Origin: a bacterium
GTDB taxonomy: Bacteria > Patescibacteriota > Microgenomatia > UBA1400 > PJMF01
Direction: 5' to 3'
DNA: 43,542 nt
Assembly: GCA_900299405.1 (NCBI GenBank)
Contig: OMJP01000011.1
Location: forward strand, 1 to 43,542
Part shown: positions 8,693 to 18,345 of the stretch, piece by piece
Position numbering within the stretch: the first letter of the stretch is position 1
Layout: each line of letters begins with the position of its first letter
The notes under the pieces: model-generated
What the model was told of the DNA's origin: nothing
Databases searched by the model: none
The model's input: the letters and a program-made list of their open reading frames with translations, nothing else
Program-made: the position numbers and the translations under genes

Positions 8693-9751
8693 TTAATTAC
8701 GGCTGGTTTTGAATTTTGCCCAGATCAAAAAGCCAAACACAAAACCCAGTGTCAGGAAAAAGGTAATGATTTTTCCCGTAGTATTAAGATAAAGTGACAC
8801 GATTCCCAGCAACAAACTAGCCAGCCAGTAGAAAATCGCGATCCGTCTTTTGCCCCAGCCGAAGAGATCCATCAGTTTGTGGTGCAGGTGACCACGATCG
8901 CCCCAGAAAGGAGATTTGCCAGCCAGTAGGCGTCGAGTAATAGTGAAAATACCATCGGCAGTAGGAATGGCGACTACCATCAGGGTAGCAGCGACTTTGG
9001 CGCCAGACAGAATGGCCAGGACACTGAGTAGGTAGCCTGCTAGCGAGCCAGCGCCATAACCGGGCATCATTTTCTGCGGATACCAGTTCCAGAACAGCAG
9101 TCCTAGGTAAGCACCAGCCACGATGAAGCTCAGGTGAGCGGTATTGAAGGTTGTGGGATCATCGAGAAAGCGCAGCGATAGCAAGCCAATAAAGATCGCG
9201 GCGATACTGACAAAACCAGGTAGTTGGCCATCGACGCCTTTGGACCAGTTGAGAATATTCATGTTCCAAAGAATAAAGAAAATCGCAAACACGCTGGAGA
9301 GCACCCAAATTTCTCTAGTTTCTCCCAGTAGGCTTAATTGAATCGTGGGTTCATTGAGATGAATCACTCCTGGGCCAAAAGGATTGCTGACATAAGCGAT
9401 CCCGATACCGGCGCCCACCACAATCAGGCTGGCTACCAGCCCTGCCAGCAGTCGCCACAGGGGGTGAAGATCCAAGATGTCATCCAAAAAGCCAACCACC
9501 ATCAGCAGCGTGCCGCCGATCAGAATGGCGATCAAGTAACTGTCTAAGTTGAGAAATAAAATACTAGCCAGCAAGATTCCTAGCCAGACCACGATGCCAC
9601 CACCGCGAGGAACTGGAGCAGCATGAGTTTTTTTGGCGTGAGGAGATTTTTCCGGATCGTCTAGCCAGCCTCTATTGGTGTACCACTTGATGATCTTGGG
9701 GGCGACCAGTAAAGACACCAGACCGCTGACGATCAACACTAACCACCTCAT
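8693..9751 (-). CDS. polyprenyl-phosphate N-acetylhexosamine-1-phosphate transferase (GT4 MraY/WecA family)
   Basis: Polytopic membrane protein with PRGGGI, DDILDL and NxxNWSKGVDG motifs. Start at ATG 9751 (MRWLVLIV) gives an ATGA overlap with the upstream gene. The ORF-track start 9820 is an extension. Confidence 0.8.
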   Translation of the reverse strand: MRWLVLIVSGLVSLLVAPKIIKWYTNRGWLDDPEKSPHAKKTHAAPVPRGGGIVVWLGILLASILFLNLDSYLIAILIGGTLLMVVGFLDDILDLHPLWRLLAGLVASLIVVGAGIGIAYVSNPFGPGVIHLNEPTIQLSLLGETREIWVLSSVFAIFFILWNMNILNWSKGVDGQLPGFVSIAAIFIGLLSLRFLDDPTTFNTAHLSFIVAGAYLGLLFWNWYPQKMMPGYGAGSLAGYLLSVLAILSGAKVAATLMVVAIPTADGIFTITRRLLAGKSPFWGDRGHLHHKLMDLFGWGKRRIAIFYWLASLLLGIVSLYLNTTGKIITFFLTLGFVFGFLIWAKFKTSRN

Positions 9752-10137
9752 AGCACTAGAAAAATAATTCTTACCAGTAGCATGCCCAAAATAAACACTA
9801 CTCCCACGGTGGTCCAGCAAAACAGTTTTTCAATCGTGCCAGACAGTTCTTTGAGATTTTTGAGCAAGATGAAGTGAAAGAAAGTTATCAGCCAAGCCAG
9901 CGCCGGTAGCAAGAAGATCCAGAGCTTATGTGCTAGCTGCTGCTCAGGCTGGGAAACACTATAAAACAGCGGTACCACCGGTTGGAGGAAAGGGTAGGCT
10001 ACGCCAGCGACAGCGCTCATCACCAAGGAGATAATTACCGCTAATCGCAAGGTGCGGACGAAATAGGGATCTCTCAATCGCGGAGAAAGATCGGATAGGG
10101 TCTCTGCTGGGGAAATCTGCATGCGGTCATTATACAT
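9748..10137 (-). CDS. small hypothetical membrane protein (3 predicted TM helices)
   Basis: 129-aa ORF wedged between GT-C and GT4. Its ATG directly abuts the upstream stop (TAGATG). Confidence 0.5.
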   Translation of the reverse strand: MYNDRMQISPAETLSDLSPRLRDPYFVRTLRLAVIISLVMSAVAGVAYPFLQPVVPLFYSVSQPEQQLAHKLWIFLLPALAWLITFFHFILLKNLKELSGTIEKLFCWTTVGVVFILGMLLVRIIFLVL

Positions 10138-11715
10138 CTACTGATCTTCGCGGAGCAGGTAGAGGGTCATGGTGTCGTATTGAGTGTTGGGGTAGTAATA
10201 GGTGTCGAGGTATTCCTGCAGACCGGGTAATTCTTGGTGCTCGTCGTCCATGACCACGATGATGGTCGGCTGTTCTTCCTCGATTTGATCCATGGTGCGC
10301 TGATAGTCATTGAAGTCTTTGATGTGGAACGAAACCGTGAAACGGGAGGTCGGAGTAGTGTGAGTTAGGGCGTACAGCATCGGGTTGGTGCCCCAGATGA
10401 ACATCCGCTCACCGTCCAAGCCACGAATCGCTTGAGCCGCTTGGTAGTTGTTTTCCACCAAAGGATTGAAAGAATAATCGTATTCTTGTTCGCTAATTTG
10501 TCCCGAGACCAACTGATAAAACCGGCTGTAATATTCGCTGGTGGAGTAAAGTCTGACGTCCAGTAGCAGCATCACCGCGATTGGCATGATTAGCAAACCA
10601 GCTCCGGTCAGTAGGGTAGCTTTGTGGGTAGCGAATTTTTTACCTAGCAAGTAATAGAGCTCGGTTACCATCAGCGCCAGTGGTGGTACTACTTGGATGA
10701 GATAGTGGGGGTAGGGGCGGTTGGACAGCAAAGCAGCAAACAGAGTCAGAGCGAACCAGCCGGCGATTAGCTGAAAGCGCGGAGTGAATTTTTTTACAAA
10801 ACTGAGCAGCGACATGATGCCAGCCAGCACCAGCACTTTTCCGGGCAGGGTAAATAGGAACTCTAGCAAAGGATTGGCTAGTTCGAGCTGCCAGCTGCCA
10901 CTGTAGCGGATGTTGTACAACAGGCCGTATTGTAGGTAATCTTGGCCAGAGCCTTGGGAAATGAAGTAGACGATCGATAGCACCACCGGAATCATCAAGC
11001 CGATGCCGAGCCAGGCACTTTTGCTGACAAATTGCCAGAAATTTTTCAACTTGCCAGACCAGGTTTTGGCAGAGGGTAGTAGTTTAACCAGCGCAAACCA
11101 ACCAATCAGCAGTACTGCGCCAAAATCTAGCAGTCCAGGCACTTTGGTGAGCACGCCTAGGCCGAATAGACTACCAGCGCCGAGCAGTAACAGGGTTTCT
11201 TTTTTACTGCCTTGCAACACCTCCTGATATTTTCCAGCCAGAAATTCGGTTAGTAGTTTGGTTTTGGTCAGTAGCCACCAGCCGCCGAGCACAAAACCAA
11301 TCACGAATAGTTCGCCGTTGGGGATGTTGCCTTCCAACCAAGGCAGGGTAGTCAACAGGACGAAAATCAGCGAGCTAATGAAAGCAGGCTTGGTCTTGCG
11401 GAAAAGTTTTTTCGCCAGCTGAAAGAACAGCACGGTAGCGACCATCATCCAGGCTAGGTTCAAAACCCTGAACCAGAACTGACTGGGAACGGCTGCTAGG
11501 TAGTAAATGATTGGCGTTTTGTGATCGATAATCTCGGTGTACAGCTTTAGGCCTTGGCGGATGCCGTTGCCGACGGTCAAATAAATGGCTTCATCGCCAT
11601 ACCAGTAGGGTTCGAAAAAATTGGGAATGCGCAAGGTGACGTTGATCAGCAAAAGTACCAAGACTTCTAGATACTCTTCACATTTTTGATCGATTTGGCG
11701 AAATAACTTACGCAC
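10138..11715 (-). CDS. GT-C fold glycosyltransferase (ArnT/PMT_2, family 39/83-like)
   Basis: 525-aa protein with more than 10 TM helices. First-loop acidic motif EPYWYGDEAIYL is typical of lipid-linked-sugar-dependent GT-C enzymes. Soluble C-terminal domain. Confidence 0.75.
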   Translation of the reverse strand: MRKLFRQIDQKCEEYLEVLVLLLINVTLRIPNFFEPYWYGDEAIYLTVGNGIRQGLKLYTEIIDHKTPIIYYLAAVPSQFWFRVLNLAWMMVATVLFFQLAKKLFRKTKPAFISSLIFVLLTTLPWLEGNIPNGELFVIGFVLGGWWLLTKTKLLTEFLAGKYQEVLQGSKKETLLLLGAGSLFGLGVLTKVPGLLDFGAVLLIGWFALVKLLPSAKTWSGKLKNFWQFVSKSAWLGIGLMIPVVLSIVYFISQGSGQDYLQYGLLYNIRYSGSWQLELANPLLEFLFTLPGKVLVLAGIMSLLSFVKKFTPRFQLIAGWFALTLFAALLSNRPYPHYLIQVVPPLALMVTELYYLLGKKFATHKATLLTGAGLLIMPIAVMLLLDVRLYSTSEYYSRFYQLVSGQISEQEYDYSFNPLVENNYQAAQAIRGLDGERMFIWGTNPMLYALTHTTPTSRFTVSFHIKDFNDYQRTMDQIEEEQPTIIVVMDDEHQELPGLQEYLDTYYYPNTQYDTMTLYLLREDQ

Positions 11716-11765
11716 CTTACTAGTTTACACAAATTTTGGTCTGCTACTCAAGCTCAAACTGAGTA

Positions 11766-13268
11766 TTAAACTTTTTCGGTGACTTTGTACTCGATATATT
11801 TACCGAGCATCAGGCGGGTATGAGCATCGATTCCTGGCAGGGCGGAGAAGAAAAAGCCGACCACTGGCAGCAAAATAAATTCTGCCAACTGAATGACATA
11901 AGAGAAAAAGCCGCGCTTTTTTTCTTGGCCTGGTTTGGGCGGGCGGTTGATGGCGTCCAAAGTAAAGATCACCACAAACGACACTAAAGCGAAGGTCAGC
12001 AAGGTCGAGGTTACCTGTGGCAAGGTTTTACCCAAAATAGTGCGGCTAAATTCTTCATTCAGCAGCGGCGGCAAGATGGCCGAGACGGTAATGGCGAACC
12101 AATTGACTGGCCACAAGAAGTGATCTTCGACGACTTTAAAAACTCTCACCAAGCGCTGCCAGAATGGCGCTTCACTCAAAATAAATTGGCGAATGATGTA
12201 GGCGTCATCACTGACTCCCCAGGCCCAGCGTTTGATTTGTTCGTACTGGTTGCTCATGGTGTTCCAGAAACCGCGGGCTTGGGCAGCATCACAGTAGACG
12301 GGGAGATAGATGGGATTGACCTGAAAATCTCCTTTTTTGGCAAAGTATGATTTGAAGAACAGGCGGTAGTCTTCGGGAATGACGTCGGTGTCCCAGTAGC
12401 CGATTTCGTCGACGTGTTTCAGCGAAGTGGAGTAGCTGGAGAAATTTATCAGCCGGTCGCGGCGCATGAGAATGTACATTTGGGTGACGGAGAAAACCGA
12501 GGACAGCACTCTGATCGGCGCGGGTACTTCCCAAATATTATTATAGAAGGCGATGCCTCCTTGCCAGATTTTGTTGTGGGGTTTTTCGACGGTGAGGTAA
12601 TCATAGGTGAGGTTGGCGAAGTAGTTTTGGTGGAAGCGGGCATCGGCGTCTTCGCTGCTGATGGTGATGTTTTCGATCGGCATTTTTTCCTGGTCGACCA
12701 AGATTCGCTTGGCCTCTTTGGCGCCCCAGGAGGTATTGGATGATTTGCCTTTCACTTCACCTTCGATGTCGGGGTGGAAAGTAGACCACAGATGTCCGAA
12801 TTTTTTGCCGAATTCTTTGGTGAGTTGCTGGGCTTTGTCGCGCGCGTCCTGACCTTCACGGTCTTCGAAAGACAGCATCACATGGAGGTTTTGGCGTGGA
12901 TAGGACTGCAGACTGAGGGCTTCAAGGGTGCGCTGCAGGGTAGTGATGGGTTCTTTATAAGTAGGAATGACGACGATGTGGTGAATGCTGTTCCATTTTT
13001 GGGGGAAGTTTTTTTTCAAATCACTGACCCAGTCGAATTGTTTCGAGGCCTTGATCTTGAAATGAGCGGCGATCGACAGTACTGCCACGACCAACGAGCG
13101 CCACAGCCAGTAGACCGAGAAAGCGATCACATAATAGGCGACGAGATTCGGCACCACAAATGATCCCCAAATCGGGAAAAGGATCAGCGACCAGGAAAAT
13201 ACTCCGGGTAAAATCTCCAAAGCGCGCTGTGTTCTGACTGGATGGCGTTGGACAAAGCGTTTGACCAT
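11766..13268 (-). CDS. membrane-embedded processive family-2 glycosyltransferase (cellulose/chitin/hyaluronan-synthase-like)
   Basis: IVVIPTYKEP, GKSSN, SEDADA (DxD), IPED and QIKRWAWG (QxxRW), flanked by TM helices; 500 aa. Confidence 0.8.
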   Translation of the reverse strand: MVKRFVQRHPVRTQRALEILPGVFSWSLILFPIWGSFVVPNLVAYYVIAFSVYWLWRSLVVAVLSIAAHFKIKASKQFDWVSDLKKNFPQKWNSIHHIVVIPTYKEPITTLQRTLEALSLQSYPRQNLHVMLSFEDREGQDARDKAQQLTKEFGKKFGHLWSTFHPDIEGEVKGKSSNTSWGAKEAKRILVDQEKMPIENITISSEDADARFHQNYFANLTYDYLTVEKPHNKIWQGGIAFYNNIWEVPAPIRVLSSVFSVTQMYILMRRDRLINFSSYSTSLKHVDEIGYWDTDVIPEDYRLFFKSYFAKKGDFQVNPIYLPVYCDAAQARGFWNTMSNQYEQIKRWAWGVSDDAYIIRQFILSEAPFWQRLVRVFKVVEDHFLWPVNWFAITVSAILPPLLNEEFSRTILGKTLPQVTSTLLTFALVSFVVIFTLDAINRPPKPGQEKKRGFFSYVIQLAEFILLPVVGFFFSALPGIDAHTRLMLGKYIEYKVTEKV

Positions 13269-13297
13269 AGCGGTGGTATTGTACCTTTTATGCTGGT

Positions 13298-14149
13298 TTA
13301 TTTCACGAATTGATGACGGAAGAAGTTTTCGGTGTTGGCGAGTAATTGCTGGGGATCGATTTTCAGCTCTTTTTCGACATATTTGGCAGTCTCGTTAATC
13401 ATCCATGGCTCGCAGACCCGGCCTCGTTGACTTTGTGGAGCCAGAAAGGGTGCGTCGGTCTCGATCATCAGTCGGTCGGCAGGCGCACTATTTACTAGAT
13501 CACGGATGTCTTGGGCGTTGGGGTAGGTAATGTTGCCATCGAAGCCGATATAGCCGCCGAGTTCGATTGCTTCTTTGATGTAGTCCATCGGTCCCGAAGC
13601 GCAGTGCAGCACAAAGGGCTTGTTTCCCTGATATTCATTTTTCATGATTTGCAAAACTTCCCAGTAGGCTTGGTCGTCTTTGTCGCGTACGTGCAGGATC
13701 AAGGGTAAATCGTTTTGCTGAGCAAAATTCAGATGCCAGCGAAAGATTACTCGCTGATGCTTTGCTGCTTGCTCAAAATCTCGCCCATTTTTATCCAGTC
13801 GGTAAAAATCCAAACCAGTTTCACCCACGGCGTGAATTTTTTCCTCGGCCCACCCTTGGGCTGCTTGACTCAGCTGATCAATAGTTACTTCGCTAGCGTG
13901 AGTGGGATGAACTCCGACAGCGGCGATTAAGTTGTCTCCTTGGCTAGCGATCTCGATCGCTAAGTCAGAAGTCTCGATTCCCGTACCAACCACCACCGAG
14001 CCCACGACACCTTTCTCCTGGGCCTGTCGCCAGTGATCTTGCCAATTCATCTCCAGCAGCGGATCATTTTCCTGAAAATCAAAAATAAATTCCTGCCCGG
14101 AATATAAAGGCTCCATGTTGTAGTGGCAGTGAGTGTCGATGATCTGCAT
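13298..14149 (-). CDS. tatD: TatD-family metal-dependent hydrolase/DNase
   Basis: N-terminal IDTHCH, with internal HxR and D motifs of the amidohydrolase fold; 283 aa. Confidence 0.88.
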   Translation of the reverse strand: MQIIDTHCHYNMEPLYSGQEFIFDFQENDPLLEMNWQDHWRQAQEKGVVGSVVVGTGIETSDLAIEIASQGDNLIAAVGVHPTHASEVTIDQLSQAAQGWAEEKIHAVGETGLDFYRLDKNGRDFEQAAKHQRVIFRWHLNFAQQNDLPLILHVRDKDDQAYWEVLQIMKNEYQGNKPFVLHCASGPMDYIKEAIELGGYIGFDGNITYPNAQDIRDLVNSAPADRLMIETDAPFLAPQSQRGRVCEPWMINETAKYVEKELKIDPQQLLANTENFFRHQFVK

Positions 14150-14151
14150 GA

Positions 14152-15585
14152 CTAATTTTCCAAACGAGGAAACAGCGGTTCTAAAGCAGTGATTTTTTCC
14201 TGACTGAAGTGATTGGTGATAGCTTGTGATGTCTCTGGCATGAAAGGCAATAGCATTTTTGCTATGGCCAAGATTTTATTGATTGTCTCTTGCAAGATTG
14301 GCTGAGCTTCGGCGGCGGCTAGTTCCCAGGGTTTTTTCTCTGCTAGACGTTGATCCAGCTCTGCTACTAGTTTTTGAGTTTGTTGCAGACTTTCCAAAAG
14401 ATTGGCTTCGTTCATTGCTTGTTGATAGTTGTCAAAGAGGTCGGTTGCCTCTGCTTGATTTTCCAACTGAGTTTTTTCTGCCAGTTTCGCCACGCGTGAG
14501 CACAGGTTTCCCAAGCCATTGGCTAGCTCTGCGGTATAGACAGCATCCAGTTTTTCCCAACTGACATCCATGTCGGTGCCAAAGGGTCCAAGATTCATCA
14601 GTAGGTAACGAGTGCCGTCGACTCCATAGCGCTGCACCATTTCCGCTGGCGAGATCACGTTGCCCAGGGACTTGCTCATTTTCTGTCCGTCGACGCTGAT
14701 GAAACCATTGATCAGGATTTGCTGCGAGGGTTGTAGACCAGCTGCCAGCAGCATCGCTTGCCACATCGCTGCTTGCTGACGGAGATTGTCTTTGCCGGCC
14801 AGTTGGATCCCGGGCCAAAAAGCTGCATACTCACCACTTTCATCCGGCCAGCCGAGAGTAGAAATGTAATTCACCAAGGCATCAAACCAGACATACATCA
14901 CGTGCTCATCATCACCCGGCACCGGAACGCCCCAGGGCATTTTTTCTTTTAGCCGCGAGATACTAAAATCCTGCAGACCTCCCTGCACAAAAGCAGTGAT
15001 TTCTTTCATTTTGCTTTCGGGTTTCACAAACTTTGGACTGCTGGCATAAAGGTCGAGTAGGGGTTGCTGAAACTCAGTGAATTTGAAGAAATAGTTTTCT
15101 TCCTCACGAATCTCCAGCTCTTGATTGGGGTGCAGGGGACAGCGACCGTCGACTAGTTCGGAATCGGTTTTTTCCAGCTCACAGCCGACGCAGTATTTGA
15201 TGGCGTAATTCTTTTTATAAATGTAGCCATTGTCATCACAGCGGTGCCAGAATTCCTGAGCAGCTTTTTTGTGTTCTGGATCAGTGGTGCGAATGAAATG
15301 AGTGTAGTCCAAGCTCAGCAAGTTTTTTAAATCTTCAAACTTAGCCGCGTACTCATCGACGTATGCTTGCGGATCTTGATCGTTTTCCAAAGCTTTTTGA
15401 TAAATTTTTTGTCCGTGCTCATCAGTACCAGTATTGAATACCACCTTTTTGCCCAAAATCTCCCGCTGATAACGAGTAATGACATCACCAGCGACAATCT
15501 CCAGCGCAAAACCAATATGCGGCTCCGCATTGACGTAAGGCAGAGTAGTGGTCAGGTAAAAGTTATTTTCAGACACATCAAGCAT
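14152..15585 (-). CDS. metG: methionine--tRNA ligase (short form, no C-terminal tRNA-binding domain)
   Basis: PYVNAEPHIGF (HIGH-type), zinc knuckle CVGCE...CPLH, and KMSKSLGN. Confidence 0.95.
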   Translation of the reverse strand: MLDVSENNFYLTTTLPYVNAEPHIGFALEIVAGDVITRYQREILGKKVVFNTGTDEHGQKIYQKALENDQDPQAYVDEYAAKFEDLKNLLSLDYTHFIRTTDPEHKKAAQEFWHRCDDNGYIYKKNYAIKYCVGCELEKTDSELVDGRCPLHPNQELEIREEENYFFKFTEFQQPLLDLYASSPKFVKPESKMKEITAFVQGGLQDFSISRLKEKMPWGVPVPGDDEHVMYVWFDALVNYISTLGWPDESGEYAAFWPGIQLAGKDNLRQQAAMWQAMLLAAGLQPSQQILINGFISVDGQKMSKSLGNVISPAEMVQRYGVDGTRYLLMNLGPFGTDMDVSWEKLDAVYTAELANGLGNLCSRVAKLAEKTQLENQAEATDLFDNYQQAMNEANLLESLQQTQKLVAELDQRLAEKKPWELAAAEAQPILQETINKILAIAKMLLPFMPETSQAITNHFSQEKITALEPLFPRLEN

Positions 15586-16024
15586 TATACCCTGTACTTT
15601 TTCTCCAGATTACCCTCAAACCATAAGCCGTGACTCCCATCAGCACAGCGCTTCCCCAGGCCCAGATATCGAGAGTGAAGTTTTGTAGTTTGAGAAATAA
15701 TAGCCACGCAATGACAGTAGTTAGCAGAAGACCCCATCGTCTGCTAAGTGTGAGAAAAGTGAGGAGAAAAAAATTGGCGATAAACAGCAAGACATGAAAA
15801 GGCAAAAAACTATTCGGCAGGAGAAAATTACGAACTTCTTCCGGGTGAAAAGTGTTGATCAGCCAAAGCAACCCAGCGTAAAAACCTCCAGCCAAGACCA
15901 ATAAAGGCAAAAACTGCAAGCGTTCTCTGATCGGCTGCCAGAGCTGAATCGATTGCCTGCTGGAGCGTCTCGAGCTAGTCTGCTGTTTCAATCTCGATCT
16001 GGCGCGGCGGGTGGGTTTTGTCAT
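15578..16024 (-). CDS. hypothetical membrane protein with an Arg/Ser-rich N-terminus
   Basis: 148-aa ORF with 4 hydrophobic segments; 8-nt overlap with the metG start. Confidence 0.5.
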   Translation of the reverse strand: MTKPTRRARSRLKQQTSSRRSSRQSIQLWQPIRERLQFLPLLVLAGGFYAGLLWLINTFHPEEVRNFLLPNSFLPFHVLLFIANFFLLTFLTLSRRWGLLLTTVIAWLLFLKLQNFTLDIWAWGSAVLMGVTAYGLRVIWRKSTGYNA

Positions 16025-16060
16025 GGTATTACTTTAGGCTGTTGTTATACTAAGCAGTAT

Positions 16061-17185
16061 ATGACATTAGAGGTAGTCCTGTTAATCATAGTGGTGATTG
16101 GCGGCTTTGCGTGGCTGTATTTTGGTTTACGCCAGCTTTTGACTGATAAAAAAGATGAAGAAGATCTCGAAGGCTTGGTAAATAAAATCTTTGGCATGAG
16201 CGTGCCGAAAATCGCTGCCCAAAGCAAACAAATTCTTTCCAGCGAAAAAGAAGCCATCAAGATTGATTTGGAAAACAAACAAAAAATAATCGAAAAACTA
16301 GTTACTGAGCTACAAAAAGATCTCCAAGAGCGACAAAAAGAGATTCGTGGTCTGGAACAGGATCGAGTCAAAAAATTTTCTGAAATCACTACGACGCTGA
16401 CAGAGCATCGCAAGCTGACCGATGAGCTGCGCACCTCTACCGAGCAGCTGGCTAAGGTGCTGTCCAACAACCAGACTCGTGGTGAGTGGGGCGAGCGGAT
16501 TATCGAAGACCTGCTGCAAGCCAATGGTTTGATCGAAGGCGTTCACTATGCGCGGCAGGCCAAATTGGGCGAGTCTACCATGAAGCCCGACATTACTCTA
16601 ATTCTGCCCAATAAACGTAACGTGGCGGTCGACGTCAAGTTTCCTTATCAGGAAATCCAGAAAATGAGCCAGACTGAGAACAAAAAAGCCAAACAAGACC
16701 ATTTGAAACAGTTTGGTGTCGATCTGAAAAACAAAATCAATAAAGTGGCGGAGTATATCAGTCCGGAAAACGATACTTTGGATTACGCCATCATGTTTGT
16801 GCCTAACGAAATGGTGTTTTCCTTTATCAATCAGCAGTTCGCCGATCTGGTGGATTATGCCATGAGTCAGCGAGTGATCATTGTCTCGCCTTTTACCTTT
16901 GTGATCGTGGCGCGCACAGTGATGGAGAGTTACCGCAACTTCATGATTGGTGACAAGCTCAAAGAAGTTGTCAAATACATCGATGAATTTGTCGGTGAGT
17001 GGGGCAGATTCCGTGATGAGTTCGATAAATTTGGTCGGTCGATTGACTCGCTGAGAAGTGGCTATGAGCAGATCACTACTACTAGAACTAGGCAGATGGA
17101 GCGACGGATCGATAAGATCGAAACTTATCGCCAGGGCACTTCGAATTTATTGGCCGATGGTTCCGAAAAGAAAAAGAAAAACTAG
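16061..17185 (+). CDS. rmuC: DNA recombination protein RmuC
   Basis: N-terminal TM helix, long coiled coil, then TRGEWGERIIEDLL...KPDITLILP...VDVKFP, the RmuC nuclease-like core. ATG 16061 chosen; 15953 is an antisense-overlapping extension. Confidence 0.9.
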   Translation: MTLEVVLLIIVVIGGFAWLYFGLRQLLTDKKDEEDLEGLVNKIFGMSVPKIAAQSKQILSSEKEAIKIDLENKQKIIEKLVTELQKDLQERQKEIRGLEQDRVKKFSEITTTLTEHRKLTDELRTSTEQLAKVLSNNQTRGEWGERIIEDLLQANGLIEGVHYARQAKLGESTMKPDITLILPNKRNVAVDVKFPYQEIQKMSQTENKKAKQDHLKQFGVDLKNKINKVAEYISPENDTLDYAIMFVPNEMVFSFINQQFADLVDYAMSQRVIIVSPFTFVIVARTVMESYRNFMIGDKLKEVVKYIDEFVGEWGRFRDEFDKFGRSIDSLRSGYEQITTTRTRQMERRIDKIETYRQGTSNLLADGSEKKKKN

Positions 17186-18276
17186 TTTTCCAAAAACTGA
17201 TTGAAGAAACTCAGATCTCGCTGGACGACGGTGTTCCAGTTGGGTTGCATGTTGTGGTCAGTGCCGGAGTAGGTGTGATAGGTGATCTCGATTGGTGGTA
17301 ATTGTGCCTCAGTTTCTTTTGCTCTTCTTTGATTTTCGACTTCGATTTTGTCCACAAACTCGTCTGACCAACTGAGGGGAGCGGCTTCGTCCAAAGTACC
17401 GTGATGCAGTAAAATCGGTCCGGTCAATCTATCCAGATGCTGAGTAATGCTGAACTCTCTGCCGTCATATTCTTGTTCAAATTGTGCTACCCAAGCTCGT
17501 GCATCTCGGCCCTCGTCTTCGTTTTCATCACTGTAGTAGAGCACTGAGTAAGGGAAAGGACTGGTAACTGGTGCCCAGAGAGTGGTGGGAATTGACTCAC
17601 CTAGAATTTCCAAAGTAGTCAAAGCGATTTGTCCGCCATTGCTGTGGGCCCAGATGTTCAGGTGCTCCGTGTCAGCAGTGATTTTGGCGGTGACTGTCGG
17701 AATGTTGAGGGTTGGGTTGGCTTTGAGCGAAGTGATGAGCTCGATGACGTTGATGGGTTTGATGAATCTGGCCTCCCAAACATCGCTTGGTTCAGGATCA
17801 CTTTCTCCATGTCCCAAAAAATCTGGGGCAATTGTCAGGTAGCCATTTTCAGCAAAATATGCAGCGGCGTTACGAGTGCCGGCACCAGTGGTGTAGTTTT
17901 CCTCAGGCACGTAGCCACGCAGCATCAGCACCGCGGGAGTAGGTTCGTTGACACTGCTAGTCAGGAGTTCGTTTGGAACATTTAGTTGGCCGCTGATTTT
18001 TTTATTCAAAGAAGTGTAGGAGAAAAGATAGCTGGTATAACTGTCGGTCTCTTCCAAGACTCGTTCGACGACTATCGAGCTGGGCTGATAACGCCTCTTG
18101 GCCAAGTTTTCGATAGTGTATTGCCTCAAAGGCAGTTCTTTATCTACACCTTGCTCACTAAAAGGAGATAGTAAACTAGCTTCTCCACCAAGTTCGAGAA
18201 AATGACCGGCATAGAAACCACCCAGAAATAACATCGCCGCTAAAAAACCAGTCAGCAGATATTTTCTTAGATTCAT
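17182..18276 (-). CDS. secreted/membrane-anchored alpha/beta hydrolase (S9 prolyl-oligopeptidase / dienelactone-hydrolase-like)
   Basis: Signal-anchor MNLRKYLLTGFLAAMLFLGG, nucleophile elbow WAHSNGG, and late D and H (GTDHNM). Start at 18276, because the longer ORF would have to read through a terminator hairpin. Confidence 0.75.
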   Translation of the reverse strand: MNLRKYLLTGFLAAMLFLGGFYAGHFLELGGEASLLSPFSEQGVDKELPLRQYTIENLAKRRYQPSSIVVERVLEETDSYTSYLFSYTSLNKKISGQLNVPNELLTSSVNEPTPAVLMLRGYVPEENYTTGAGTRNAAAYFAENGYLTIAPDFLGHGESDPEPSDVWEARFIKPINVIELITSLKANPTLNIPTVTAKITADTEHLNIWAHSNGGQIALTTLEILGESIPTTLWAPVTSPFPYSVLYYSDENEDEGRDARAWVAQFEQEYDGREFSITQHLDRLTGPILLHHGTLDEAAPLSWSDEFVDKIEVENQRRAKETEAQLPPIEITYHTYSGTDHNMQPNWNTVVQRDLSFFNQFLEN

Positions 18277-18301
18277 AAAGGTATTGTAACGTATAAAGAA
18301 A

Positions 18302-18326
18302 AGACCCCGTGTAGAACACGGGGTCT
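18302..18326 (-). terminator. intrinsic terminator downstream of the 76-codon ORF
   Basis: 10-bp stem AGACCCCGTG/CACGGGGTCT with a 5-nt loop, followed on the minus strand by UUUCUUUAU. Confidence 0.75.
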
Positions 18327-18345
18327 GTGAGTTGGGCAACGAAGC

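Noticed and set aside
15953-16060. N-terminal extensions offered by the ORF track (rmuC 15953, hydrolase 18339, trxA 3289, greA 38660, ogt 32240, GT4 9820)
   Set aside because: The extensions overlap neighbouring genes or terminator hairpins and lack SD or promoter support. Internal ATGs coincide with family-typical N-termini, signal anchors or good SD or -10 elements.
16045-16524. 159-aa and 78-aa minus-strand ORFs inside rmuC
   Set aside because: They are Ser/Cys-rich antisense translations of the rmuC coiled-coil region. rmuC identity is secure.
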